Assembly: GCA_047627515.1 (NCBI GenBank)
Contig: JBLHTU010000001.1
Span: 11,883 to 75,882, forward strand
Length of the DNA stretch: 64,000 nucleotides
Direction of reading: 5' to 3'
Source: Cyclobacteriaceae bacterium
GTDB taxonomy: Bacteria > Bacteroidota > Bacteroidia > Cytophagales > Cyclobacteriaceae
Under the pieces are notes generated by a model. The model did not search any database. It saw nothing but the letters and a program-made list of their open reading frames with translations, and was not told the DNA's origin. The position numbers and the translations under genes are program-made. Shown one piece after another: positions 9,579-19,674 of the stretch (positions are counted from its first letter, which is position 1; the number at the start of each line of letters is the position of its first letter).

Positions 9579-10336
9579 AGATTAGCTTTCTAGGAACAGG
9601 TACTTCGCAGGGTGTACCCGTTATAGGGTGCACTTGTGGGATTTGTCAATCTCTCGATTTTAGAGATAAAAGATCGCGTAGTTCGATCCACGTGGTTTGG
9701 GACGATACCAGTATAGTAGTTGATACAGGGCCAGATTTCAGACAACAGATGCTACGTGAACGAGTTTCTAAAGTCGATGCGATTATCTACACGCATGAAC
9801 ACAAAGATCATACTGCTGGCATGGATGATGTAAGGAGTTTCAACTTCTTGCATAAAATGGATATGCCTATCTATGCTAGGCAACAAGTCATCGATCAACT
9901 AAAACGTGAATTCTCTTACGTTTTTGCGGAAACTAAGTATCCAGGTGTGCCTCGTGTCATCACAAATGTGATCGGTAGCACTTCTTTCGAAATCAATGGA
10001 CATACTATTTTGCCAATAGAAGTGATGCACTACAAACTACCCGTTCTTGGCTTTCGATTTGGAGACTTTACGTATGTCACAGATGCGAATCATATTTCCG
10101 ATACAGAATTAGAGAAAATTAAAGGCTCCAAGTATTTTGTGGTGAACGCCTTGCAGCAAACAGAACATATCAGCCATTTTACACTTGATGAAGCTATTGA
10201 AATCGCTCAAAAAGTAGGAGCAGAAAAAACCTACTTTACGCACATCAGTCATCGATTAGGCAAGCATCAGGAAATCAATTCTTCTTTACCCGAGGGTATT
10301 GAATTGGCTTGGGACGGTCTCACGATCGAATTGTAA
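9575..10336 (+). CDS. MBL-fold metallo-hydrolase (PhnP-like)
   Basis: 253 aa. Canonical N-terminus 'KISFLGTGTSQGVP', metal motif 'THEHKDHTAG'. A TTG start gives a family-typical N-terminus. Confidence 0.8.
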   Translation: MKISFLGTGTSQGVPVIGCTCGICQSLDFRDKRSRSSIHVVWDDTSIVVDTGPDFRQQMLRERVSKVDAIIYTHEHKDHTAGMDDVRSFNFLHKMDMPIYARQQVIDQLKREFSYVFAETKYPGVPRVITNVIGSTSFEINGHTILPIEVMHYKLPVLGFRFGDFTYVTDANHISDTELEKIKGSKYFVVNALQQTEHISHFTLDEAIEIAQKVGAEKTYFTHISHRLGKHQEINSSLPEGIELAWDGLTIEL

Positions 10337-10338
10337 AT

Positions 10339-11817
10339 ATGTTTCACCACTTTCTATTTGTCGAAAAGCTTGCACGTTCACTTAATGAAGTATTAAATGG
10401 AGGTAGACTGTCAGCGTCTTATACGCAGCAAAAAGATGAGCTGATCCTAAGCTTTGAGAGCCCTCAAGACTTTCACATAAAAGCAGACCTTAGACCGATA
10501 TCGTCCTTGCTTTACTTCCCTGCTCAGTCGTCAAGAGCAAAGCGGAATAGCGTCGATATTTTTCCCGAAATAATCGGTCAGAAGGTAACAAGTATTCAAT
10601 CACATCCTTACGATCGGTCGTTTAGAATCCATCTTGAAAGGAGATATTCATTGATCTTCAAAATGTACGGACGACGATCAAATGTTCTACTCTATAAAGA
10701 CGATCGGCAAGTTGCTATTTTCAGAACAACACTTGCTCAAGATAAAGGCATCACTTTAGCCGATTTTGATGATGTGAATCCTCCGGATGCCTTACAGCTA
10801 GAGAAAATACTAGACGAGCCAACAAAAAGCTACCTAGCAGATCAACAGATAACTGACCCCATCGAAGCAATTAATCTACTTCGTGAAAAATCCGTTTATC
10901 TTCAAACTTCCCCCAAGCTGACGATTCGACATTTCAGCCTCGACGCAAACGAAGAAGTGTTAGATCCGATCCAATGCGCCAATGAGTACTACTCTATTTT
11001 CAATAAAAGCATCTTGTTTGAAAATGAAAAGGCTCAGCTAAAGCAGCAGTATCTGCACAAAAAAAAACAAAGTGAGAGCTACATCAAGAAATCTAGTGCC
11101 AAGCTAGATCAGATTGCAAACAGACGTAGTTACAAAGAAATAGCGGATCTGATCATGGCCAATCTGCATATATTAAAAGCCGGCATGGAAACCGTTACTT
11201 TATTTGATTTCTATCAAAATAGTGACATCGAAATCAAACTGAAAAAAAACCTTTCTCCTTCGAAAAATGCTGAGATTCTTTACCGAAAGTCGAAAAACGA
11301 GCAAGTTGAACTACAGTCAATTCAAAGAAATATCGATGATAAAAAGAGGCGCTTAAATGAGCTATTTGAAGTTATTGAGCAGATAGACTTTGCTGCTGAT
11401 TGGAGAGGACTTAAAAGCCTTAATAAACAATCTAAGAAAGAAGCGGACGATCCAATTCTGCCTTATCACAGTTACCAATTTGCAGGATACGAAATAAGAG
11501 TAGGTAAAGACGCCAAGAGAAATGACCAACTAACAACTAAGCACAGTAGCAAAGATGATATATGGTTACATGCGAAAGATGTAAGTGGATCTCACGTGGT
11601 AATTAAAAACCCGACTAAAAAGAGGCCTCCAAGTAACGTGCTCGAATATGCTGCCCAGATTGCAGCCTACTATTCAAAACGAAAATCAGATAAACTTTGT
11701 CCTGTACTTTTTACGCAAAGAAAATATGTGCGTAAATCAAAAAAACTTCTCCCCGGTCAAGTGATTGTTGAACGAGAAGAAGTTCTTCTTGTAGAGCCTT
11801 CAAACCCTAATAAATAA
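10339..11817 (+). CDS. NFACT-family RNA-binding protein (RqcH/FbpA-like, DUF814)
   Basis: C-terminal NFACT-R block 'YEIRVGKDAKRNDQLTTKHSSKDDIWLHAKDVSGSHVVIKN...AAQIAAYYSKRK...PGQV'. Coiled-coil middle region. N-terminal 'YDRSFRIHL'. ATG at 10339 chosen. Confidence 0.75.
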   Translation: MFHHFLFVEKLARSLNEVLNGGRLSASYTQQKDELILSFESPQDFHIKADLRPISSLLYFPAQSSRAKRNSVDIFPEIIGQKVTSIQSHPYDRSFRIHLERRYSLIFKMYGRRSNVLLYKDDRQVAIFRTTLAQDKGITLADFDDVNPPDALQLEKILDEPTKSYLADQQITDPIEAINLLREKSVYLQTSPKLTIRHFSLDANEEVLDPIQCANEYYSIFNKSILFENEKAQLKQQYLHKKKQSESYIKKSSAKLDQIANRRSYKEIADLIMANLHILKAGMETVTLFDFYQNSDIEIKLKKNLSPSKNAEILYRKSKNEQVELQSIQRNIDDKKRRLNELFEVIEQIDFAADWRGLKSLNKQSKKEADDPILPYHSYQFAGYEIRVGKDAKRNDQLTTKHSSKDDIWLHAKDVSGSHVVIKNPTKKRPPSNVLEYAAQIAAYYSKRKSDKLCPVLFTQRKYVRKSKKLLPGQVIVEREEVLLVEPSNPNK

Positions 11818-11822
11818 GTTTT

Positions 11823-13256
11823 TTATTCTACTTGGTGAACCTTCATCATATTCGTGTGTCCTGACCAATGAGAGGGCATAGAAGCTGTATTGATGAAAAT
11901 ATCACCTTTTTCTAATAGGTTTTTCTCCTCAAGTATATGCTGGATATGATCGAGTGTATCATCTATATTCTCCGTCTTATCATAATAGAAACTCTTCACA
12001 CCCCACACCAAATTTAACTGTCTTAGCAAATGTTTTTGATTCGTGAAAATGTAGATTTCAGATTTTGGTCTGTGCTTAGATAACTGAAACCCGGTGTAAC
12101 CTGATTTTGTCATCCCTACCAAAGCTCTAGCATTTACAAATTCTCCCAGTTTACATGCAGCTCTGACTAATAAGTCATTTAACTGATTAACAGATTCGAA
12201 ATCTTCATCATAAAACTTATGATAGATTGACTCACTTTGAGTTTCGACAGCTGAGATCGTTTGGCTCATTCTTCTTACGGCATGTACTGGGTACTTACCT
12301 GAAGCTGATTCTGCAGACAGCATGAGAGCATCAGCTCCGTCCATGACTGCATTTGCCACGTCGTTCGTTTCCGCTCGTGTAGGTCTTGGATTCTCGATCA
12401 TACTCTCCATCATCTGCGTGGCAATGATCACTGGCTTACCAGCAATATTACATTTCCTGGCAATCTGTTTCTGAAGAATAGGTACATCATGCATTGGGAT
12501 TTCAACGCCCAAATCCCCTCTGGCTACCATGATGGCGTCAGTCACTGCTATGATCTCATCAATATTATCGATCGCCTCAGGTTTCTCAATTTTGGCTACT
12601 ATTTTTGTATTCTTACCGGCAGCTACTATTTTCTCCCGTAGCTCAGTTATATCGGAAGCCTTTCGTACAAACGATAACGCAACCCATTCCAAGTCAAACT
12701 GAAGACCAAACTCAAGATCTTCCTCGTCTTTGGGTGTCAATGAAGGAGCGGAAACATTAGTATTTGGCAGATTGATTCCTTTTCTAGACTTCAGTATGCC
12801 ACCATGTACAACTTCTGTATGCACCTCTTTCCCATCTACTTTGATAACTCTAAGTTCAAGATTACCATCATCTATTAAGATTGAATCACCTGTAGCCACA
12901 TCGTTTACAATCCCTTTGTAAGAAGTGCTGACGCGCTCTGCCGTACCTACTAATTCGTCAGTAGTTATGACCAAAGGGTTACCGACTTCTATCTCAACAG
13001 CATCATTTTCAACTTTATTGACTCGAATTTTAGGCCCCTGAAGGTCTTGGAGAAGCGCGATGTGGGTTCCCAACTCTATATTAATCTGAGATACCAACTC
13101 AATGACCTTTTGGTGATCTTCATGCGTACCGTGCGAAAAATTCAGTCTGAATACATTCGCACCTGCCTTAATTAATTCAATTAATGTCTCCTTATTGTTA
13201 CTGGCCGGACCTACTGTAGCTACAATTTTTGAGCGTTTTTGAAAAGTTTCAATCAT
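11823..13256 (-). CDS. pyk: pyruvate kinase
   Basis: 477 aa with 'KIVATVGPAS', 'FRLNFSHG', 'MVARGDLGVEIP', 'ATQMMESM'. Confidence 0.95.
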   Translation of the reverse strand: MIETFQKRSKIVATVGPASNNKETLIELIKAGANVFRLNFSHGTHEDHQKVIELVSQINIELGTHIALLQDLQGPKIRVNKVENDAVEIEVGNPLVITTDELVGTAERVSTSYKGIVNDVATGDSILIDDGNLELRVIKVDGKEVHTEVVHGGILKSRKGINLPNTNVSAPSLTPKDEEDLEFGLQFDLEWVALSFVRKASDITELREKIVAAGKNTKIVAKIEKPEAIDNIDEIIAVTDAIMVARGDLGVEIPMHDVPILQKQIARKCNIAGKPVIIATQMMESMIENPRPTRAETNDVANAVMDGADALMLSAESASGKYPVHAVRRMSQTISAVETQSESIYHKFYDEDFESVNQLNDLLVRAACKLGEFVNARALVGMTKSGYTGFQLSKHRPKSEIYIFTNQKHLLRQLNLVWGVKSFYYDKTENIDDTLDHIQHILEEKNLLEKGDIFINTASMPSHWSGHTNMMKVHQVE

Positions 13257-13280
13257 ATTTTTTTGTTATTCTTTCGCGGA

Positions 13281-13706
13281 TCAGAAAAGTAAATTCTCTT
13301 TTTGCTTGATCTTCTCTACATCCAATTTCAGCAAATAATCTATAGCCGAAATTTCTTTAATCTTCGAAATTAAAGGATCAATTGTAAAGTCAACTACTTG
13401 TGAGTGTAATTTCAAGAAAAAGTCGAACTGTGGCAATTCGGAAAGTAACAGTTGATTTTTCCCATTCCCTTTCACTAATTTATTTCTAAGCAAAAAATGT
13501 TGATGAAAATCGCTCTCACAAACGTAGTTTGAGATTACTAAGGACGACTTATCCTTGAACTTTATAACCTGATCTCCACGCTTTTCAAGATCAAAAAATT
13601 CTGTCTTATTTAGGTGCCAGGCAAGTTTATACTCCTGCGCATTGCAGACGATTCCAAGTAAATCAAAATCGTAAACAATATTTGTGATTAGTTTCTTTCG
13701 CTTCAT
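13281..13706 (-). CDS. IPExxxVDY-family hypothetical protein (Bacteroidota-type)
   Basis: 141 aa. The C-terminal 'IKEISAIDYLL' fits the I-x-E-x-x-x-[VI]-D-Y signature. Its position between pyk and acpP is typical of the phylum. The family call is from memory only. Confidence 0.5.
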   Translation of the reverse strand: MKRKKLITNIVYDFDLLGIVCNAQEYKLAWHLNKTEFFDLEKRGDQVIKFKDKSSLVISNYVCESDFHQHFLLRNKLVKGNGKNQLLLSELPQFDFFLKLHSQVVDFTIDPLISKIKEISAIDYLLKLDVEKIKQKENLLF

Positions 13707-13826
13707 CGCTCGATCACTGCATTCTTGCCCTTCGTCGCAAAGTACTATCAGTCATTGCAAATAGTTTGATTTTAATCCCTTTAATGTATTTCTTTGCGTT
13801 GAATTTTTAACTAAACACTAGAAATA

Positions 13827-14066
13827 ATGTCAGAAATTGCTCAAAAAGTAACGTCAATAATTATTGACAAATTGGGTGTAGATGAATCTGAAGTTACACC
13901 AGAAGCGAGCTTTACAAATGATCTTGGTGCAGATTCTCTAGATACCGTTGAATTGATCATGGAATTCGAAAAAGAATTTAATATTTCTATTCCAGATGAT
14001 CAGGCCGAAAATATTGCAACTGTAGGAAATGCTATCAGCTATCTTGAAGAAAACGTAAAAGCATAA
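13827..14066 (+). CDS. acpP: acyl carrier protein
   Basis: 79 aa with the phosphopantetheine site '[17 protein letters not shown]'. Confidence 0.97.
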   Translation: MSEIAQKVTSIIIDKLGVDESEVTPEASFTNDLGADSLDTVELIMEFEKEFNISIPDDQAENIATVGNAISYLEENVKA

Positions 14067-14085
14067 GTTTTTTAAAAGACATTTT

Positions 14086-15339
14086 ATGGAATTAAAACGT
14101 GTAGTAATAACTGGGATCGGCGCACTTACTCCAATTGGAAACACCAAAGAGGAGTATTGGTCTAATTTGGAAAAAGGGGTCAGTGGTGCCGCTCCCATTA
14201 CACGTTTTGATGCTTCAAAATTCCGCACAAAATTTGCTTGTGAAGTAAAGAATTTTGATGTCAGCGAACATCTCGACCGAAAGGAAGCGAGAAAAATGGA
14301 TCCCAACTCGCAGTTTGCAATGGTCGTCGGGGAAGAGGCCATTCAAGATGCAGGAATAGATCTTGAAACAATCGATAAAGATGAGGTTGGAGTAATCTGG
14401 GGGTCTGGTATCGGTGGTTTAAAAACTTTTCAGGATGAAGTCTCGGTATTTGCCGGCGGTGACGGTACGCCTAGATTTAATCCATTTTTCATTCCCAAAA
14501 TGATCTGTGATATAACACCAGGCTTGTTGTCGATTAAATACGGATTTAGAGGTCCAAATTTTGCAACAGTTTCTGCTTGCGCGTCATCTAATCACGCGAT
14601 TAACGATGCTTTTACATACATAAGATTAGGAAAGGCAAAAATGATATTAGCTGGAGGCTCTGAATATGGAGTCGTAGAGTCAGCAATGGGCGGCTTCAAT
14701 GCAATGAAAGCCTTATCCGAAAGAAATGACAGCCCTGAGACCGCATCTAGGCCTTTTGACAAAGACAGAGATGGTTTTGTGCTTGGCGACGGAGCAGCAG
14801 CCCTATTCCTAGAAGACCTTGACCACGCGTTGGAACGAGGTGCCAAAATTTATGGTGAAGTATTAGGTGGCGGTATGTCAGCCGATGCTTATCATATCAC
14901 AGCCCCACATCCGGAAGGACTTGGCATCATGAAAGTGATGAAAGACGCATTGAAAGATGCTGAACTATCTGCAGATGCCGTCAATTATATCAATACGCAT
15001 GGCACATCTACTCCATTAGGAGATGTAGGAGAACTGAAGGCGATCAAAGCGATCTTTGGTGATCATGCATATGATCTTAACATTAGCAGTACCAAATCGA
15101 TGACAGGCCACTTGTTAGGTGCTGCAGGAGCAATAGAAGCCGTAGCTTGTCTACTTGCCATCGAAAAAGGGATCATCCCTCCTACGATCAACCATTTCAC
15201 AGATGATCCAGACATCGATCCAAAATTGAATCTAACTTTTAACAAAGCTCAGAAGAGAAATGTTGAAGTAGCCATGAGTAATACGTTTGGATTTGGAGGA
15301 CACAATACCTCAATAATCTTTGGTAAATACAAAGGCTAA
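14086..15339 (+). CDS. fabF: beta-ketoacyl-ACP synthase II
   Basis: 417 aa. Active-site Cys in 'VSACASSNHAI', 'HGTSTPLGD', 'GHLLGAAG', 'FGFGGHN'. Confidence 0.95.
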   Translation: MELKRVVITGIGALTPIGNTKEEYWSNLEKGVSGAAPITRFDASKFRTKFACEVKNFDVSEHLDRKEARKMDPNSQFAMVVGEEAIQDAGIDLETIDKDEVGVIWGSGIGGLKTFQDEVSVFAGGDGTPRFNPFFIPKMICDITPGLLSIKYGFRGPNFATVSACASSNHAINDAFTYIRLGKAKMILAGGSEYGVVESAMGGFNAMKALSERNDSPETASRPFDKDRDGFVLGDGAAALFLEDLDHALERGAKIYGEVLGGGMSADAYHITAPHPEGLGIMKVMKDALKDAELSADAVNYINTHGTSTPLGDVGELKAIKAIFGDHAYDLNISSTKSMTGHLLGAAGAIEAVACLLAIEKGIIPPTINHFTDDPDIDPKLNLTFNKAQKRNVEVAMSNTFGFGGHNTSIIFGKYKG

Positions 15340-16095
15340 GTGTCTCACCTGGCACATCGATTACGTTCGAAAATATTTCAACTCTTATCGCGAAACCCTA
15401 AAGATCAGGAATTTCTAAAAGCCTTGATTATGATCACAGGCAAAAGGCCCTACAATATTGATTTGTATAAGTTGGCTATGCGACACAGCAGTAAAGCACC
15501 TGTAAACCACCATGGCCTAAAAGAGTCAAATGAACGGCTCGAGTACTTGGGCGATGCTATACTTGGGATGATAGTTGCAGAATATCTGTTTGCAAGGTTC
15601 CCATTCAAGGACGAAGGGTTTTTAACAGAGGTCCGTTCAAAAATTGTTAATAGAGAAACACTTAATCGTCTCTCTAAAAAAATTGGCCTTCATGATCTCA
15701 TCGAATTTAATAATCAAAATAATACGCTAAACCCTAAGTCTATCTATGGGGATTCGCTAGAAGCGCTTATTGGAGCCGTGTACTTGGATAAAGGATACTA
15801 TTTTACCCAACAGTTTGTTATCAGGCGACTGCTTTATATTCACTACGACTTAGATGAGCTGATACATACCACATCCAATTATAAAAGCAAAATAATCGAG
15901 TGGTCTCAAAAGGAAAATAAAGATCTTTCGTTCGACACAAGTGTACCTGAAGATGGTAAAGGGCACAAGCAATTCACCTCTCAGGTATTTATTGACGGAA
16001 TCCCTGAAGAGCTTGGGTATGGATCTAGCAAAAAGAAAGCTGAACAGGATGCCGCACGAAAGACCATGGAAAAATTGTCGATAGATGATGTCTAG
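15340..16095 (+). CDS. rnc: ribonuclease III
   Basis: Signature 'NERLEYLGDAILG', 'GDSLEALIGAVYLD', C-terminal dsRBD 'KSKIIEWSQK...KKKAEQDAARK'. GTG start immediately after the fabF stop. Confidence 0.92.
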   Translation: MSHLAHRLRSKIFQLLSRNPKDQEFLKALIMITGKRPYNIDLYKLAMRHSSKAPVNHHGLKESNERLEYLGDAILGMIVAEYLFARFPFKDEGFLTEVRSKIVNRETLNRLSKKIGLHDLIEFNNQNNTLNPKSIYGDSLEALIGAVYLDKGYYFTQQFVIRRLLYIHYDLDELIHTTSNYKSKIIEWSQKENKDLSFDTSVPEDGKGHKQFTSQVFIDGIPEELGYGSSKKKAEQDAARKTMEKLSIDDV

Positions 16096-17926
16096 CGGGC
16101 TCAAATTAAAGATTGGTGGAGCATGTCTCAATCAAACTCCCCTAGACTGGAGAGGCAATATAGATCACATTCTGCAAGCCATTTCAGAGGCCAAAGCCGA
16201 TCAAGTCCAGATATTATGTCTGCCTGAACTCTGCCTTACTGGCTACGGGTGTGAAGATCTTTTTCTAAGCGACTGGTTACCAACTAAGGCGCTACTGAAA
16301 CTAAATGAAATCATACCTCACACTGAAGGTATCCTTGTGAGTGTAGGTCTTCCCATCAGACGGGAAGGCAATACCTACAACTGCATCGCATTGATAAAGG
16401 ATTGTCAGGTGCTGGGTTTCTATGCTAAACACCACCTAGCAAACGAAGGAGTACATTACGAACACCGCTGGTTTTCCTCTTGGCCATATAATGAGCAAGT
16501 CGACATAGTTTATAATGGGATTAATGTCCCACTCGGTTCCTTTACAATCTCTCAGTTTGATATTACGATAGGGTTTGAGATTTGTGAGGACGCTTGGCAT
16601 CTAAACCGGCCTGGCAGTAACTTCATTAACAAGGCACATCTTCTTCTAAACCCAAGCGCCAGTCACTTTGCATTTAACAAAGAGTCGTTCCGAGAGAATC
16701 TTGTTGTAGAAAGTTCAAAGCGGTTTAACTGTGTGTACCTATACACAAATCTACTTGGCAACGAAGCAGGCAGAATGATCTATGATGGAGATGTGCTTAT
16801 TGCTCAAAAAGGCAAACTGATCGCTCACAACAAACGCTTCTCCTTCAAAACATTCAATTTATTATCACAAATTGTAGATTTTGACACTCAAACTGCGGAC
16901 GTTCAGATTCTAGAGCAGGCAACCAGTAGTCTACAAGAGTTTGGACAAGCCGTGCCTCTTGCCTTATTTGATTACCTAAGGAAAAGTCGAAGTGACGGGT
17001 TCGTGATATCATTGAGTGGAGGGGCTGATTCCAGCTCAATTGCTGTGCTAGTAGCACAGATGGTTCGATTAGGCACAAAAGAGTTAGGCATTTCTAATTT
17101 CTGCGAAAAGCTGGGAATTGAACCTATGAAGGATGAGAAAGAGATCATGAGCAAGATCATGGTCACAGCCTATCAAGGTACAGAAAACAGCTCTTCAGCG
17201 ACCTTAGAATCTGCTCAGACGCTAGCTCAAAGCATAGGCGCTACATTTTACCACTGGAGAATAGATGATGAGGTCAGTAGCTATTTGCAAAAAATTCAAA
17301 AAGCTATTGGTAGAAAGCTCACTTGGGAAAGAGATGATATCGCTTTGCAGAATATACAGGCAAGAGCTAGATCTCCGATCATATGGCTACTTGCTAATCT
17401 TGATAGATATTTACTCTTGACTACTTCCAATAGGTCTGAGGGTTCCGTCGGGTATACAACTATGGACGGAGATACGAGCGGAAGCATCGCTCCTATCGCA
17501 GCCGTTGACAAGTACTTCTTACTGGAATGGCTTCAATACGCAGAGTTACACCTGGACTATCCTGGCTTGCGCAAAGTCAATGAGCTACAACCCTCAGCAG
17601 AACTAAGGCCATTAAGTAGCACACAAACTGACGAGAATGACTTAATGCCATATCAAGCATTACAAGCCATTGAACTGCAAGCTATCAGAAACCGAAAATC
17701 ACCACTTGAGGTATATCAACTACTCAAAACAGATTATGCTTCTGACGTACTAGTCGGCTGGATCAAAAAATTCTATCATTTATGGGCTGTTAACCAGTGG
17801 AAGAGAGAACGTCTAGCACCTAGTTTTCACGTAGATGATTACAATGTCGACCCACGCACATGGTGTCGTTTTCCTATACTGTCGGGAGCCTTTAGAGAAG
17901 AGCTAGAAGAGCTAGATAAACTTTGA
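16085..17926 (+). CDS. nadE: glutamine-dependent NAD+ synthetase
   Basis: 613 aa. N-terminal CN-hydrolase domain ('FEICEDAW'), C-terminal PP-loop 'VISLSGGADSS'. Confidence 0.9.
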   Translation: MMSSGLKLKIGGACLNQTPLDWRGNIDHILQAISEAKADQVQILCLPELCLTGYGCEDLFLSDWLPTKALLKLNEIIPHTEGILVSVGLPIRREGNTYNCIALIKDCQVLGFYAKHHLANEGVHYEHRWFSSWPYNEQVDIVYNGINVPLGSFTISQFDITIGFEICEDAWHLNRPGSNFINKAHLLLNPSASHFAFNKESFRENLVVESSKRFNCVYLYTNLLGNEAGRMIYDGDVLIAQKGKLIAHNKRFSFKTFNLLSQIVDFDTQTADVQILEQATSSLQEFGQAVPLALFDYLRKSRSDGFVISLSGGADSSSIAVLVAQMVRLGTKELGISNFCEKLGIEPMKDEKEIMSKIMVTAYQGTENSSSATLESAQTLAQSIGATFYHWRIDDEVSSYLQKIQKAIGRKLTWERDDIALQNIQARARSPIIWLLANLDRYLLLTTSNRSEGSVGYTTMDGDTSGSIAPIAAVDKYFLLEWLQYAELHLDYPGLRKVNELQPSAELRPLSSTQTDENDLMPYQALQAIELQAIRNRKSPLEVYQLLKTDYASDVLVGWIKKFYHLWAVNQWKRERLAPSFHVDDYNVDPRTWCRFPILSGAFREELEELDKL

Positions 17927-18145
17927 TTATGGTACAGGGTCATAACCCGAGCCACCCCACGGATGGCATTTCCCAATTCGCTTAAGACCTAACCATAAAC
18001 CACGCAATCCGTGCTTCAAAATAGCTTGCTTTGTGTATTCCGAACAGGTAGGTGTAAATCGGCAGGAACTTGGGAAAAAAGGTGAAATTCCATACTGATA
18101 GAATAACACAGGAATGATTAAAATGCTCCTAAGTATTTGTTTCAC
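17927..18145 (-). CDS. yidD: membrane protein insertion efficiency factor YidD
   Basis: 72 aa with '[22 protein letters not shown]' and '[13 protein letters not shown]'. Its stop abuts the nadE stop (0-nt gap). Confidence 0.92.
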   Translation of the reverse strand: MKQILRSILIIPVLFYQYGISPFFPSSCRFTPTCSEYTKQAILKHGLRGLWLGLKRIGKCHPWGGSGYDPVP

Positions 18146-18255
18146 TGAACAAAGTTAGTTTTGTTTTTGGAGCTACCAATAAAAATGATTCAGTTTGCGT
18201 TCTTTCCTTAAAATGACCTACAAATCATCAGTACATATCAGCGGAGATTGAATCA

Positions 18256-19674
18256 GTGAAGCAGGCGGTACTATTCATTTCTTCATTCATATTTTTCACA
18301 TCGGCGGTTGTTTGCTCTCCAGCAGATACGATGCGTTCCCCAAGCAGTGAATATACAATCAACGAAATATTCGTTCTTGGCAATAAGAAAACTAAGACAC
18401 CCATAATTTTAAGAGAACTAGGCATTGAAAAAGGCCAGATTTTCGATTCGCTAGGCATAGTGGAAGCCTTAGCTGCTGCAAAAATAAGGATCTATAATAC
18501 CAACCTCTTTAATTCAGTCACTCTACAACCTCTTTTTTCGGGTACTGAACTCATAGACCTTCTAATCAAATTAGAAGAGCGTTGGTATTTTTATCCAAGT
18601 CCCTTCTTGCGGATTGCTGATCGAAATATCATGGACTGGATCGTTAATAGAGGAAGTCAAATAGACCGATTTAATGCTGGCATAAAATTAGATCAGTATA
18701 ATTTTCGTGGAAGAAACGAAAGGTTGAGGTTCGTCGGGCAATTTGGATTTGAGAGAAGGTTTGCAGTTGCTTACACAATACCCTATATCGAGAAGACCCA
18801 AAAACATGGACTAGGCTTCGAAGTAGTTTATAATGAACGCGAAAAAATGCCTTATGTGACAACCGATCACCTCCCTACATTTATTAATGTCCCCGATATA
18901 AATCGTAGTTCATGGTATGGGGAAGTCAGGCACTCCTATCGACCCTCTTTTTATTCAACACATTTCAGCTCTGTTGCCTTCAGCCAGACAGCTATTTCCG
19001 ACACTATTGTTTCCCTTAACCCAAATTTCCTAGGAGATAGTAAAACTAATCAAAGATTCATTCGACTAGGATATGGTTTTGTCAATGACCTAAGGAATAA
19101 CAGAAATTTCCCCACAGCAGGTCATTTACTGAGAGTAGATGTAGTGCAAAGAGGTATTGGTGTTTTTGATGATGTTAGTATTTTCTCTATTAATACCGTG
19201 TTCAATAAGTACTTTGAACTTGAAAAGAACATGTATTTCGCAACAGGTTTTATAGGTTACTTCTCTACACCGGGGGATCAACCTTATTTTAATTATCGTG
19301 GCTTAGGATATGAGGGGACTGCAGCTCGTGGATTTGAGCTAGATGTGATAGAAGGGCCGCGCTACTTTCTTGTCAAAAATTCAGTTCGTAAACTACTTTT
19401 TGAAGGCAAGAAAGACATGAGCGAATTTATGCCTATTGCGCAATTCAATGATTTAAAATTGGGGCTATACGCCAAATTAATTGCAGATTTTGGCTACGTA
19501 GAAAACTATCCTCAGTATGAAATTAGCAGCAGGCTGTCTAACCAACTGCTGTACAGCGTCGGTGTAGGATTGGATATACTAACTGTGTACGATTTAGTCT
19601 TGAGACTAGAATACACCTATAACTCTCAAGATCAGCTCAATTTCGCCTTCAATATTCAAGCGGACATCAATTAA
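18256..19674 (+). CDS. BamA/Omp85-like outer-membrane protein with a single POTRA-like segment
   Basis: 472 aa. Signal-like N-terminus, POTRA-like 'INEIFVLGNKKTKTPIILRELGIEKGQIF', then a long beta-rich C-terminal region. GTG start. Confidence 0.6.
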   Translation: MKQAVLFISSFIFFTSAVVCSPADTMRSPSSEYTINEIFVLGNKKTKTPIILRELGIEKGQIFDSLGIVEALAAAKIRIYNTNLFNSVTLQPLFSGTELIDLLIKLEERWYFYPSPFLRIADRNIMDWIVNRGSQIDRFNAGIKLDQYNFRGRNERLRFVGQFGFERRFAVAYTIPYIEKTQKHGLGFEVVYNEREKMPYVTTDHLPTFINVPDINRSSWYGEVRHSYRPSFYSTHFSSVAFSQTAISDTIVSLNPNFLGDSKTNQRFIRLGYGFVNDLRNNRNFPTAGHLLRVDVVQRGIGVFDDVSIFSINTVFNKYFELEKNMYFATGFIGYFSTPGDQPYFNYRGLGYEGTAARGFELDVIEGPRYFLVKNSVRKLLFEGKKDMSEFMPIAQFNDLKLGLYAKLIADFGYVENYPQYEISSRLSNQLLYSVGVGLDILTVYDLVLRLEYTYNSQDQLNFAFNIQADIN

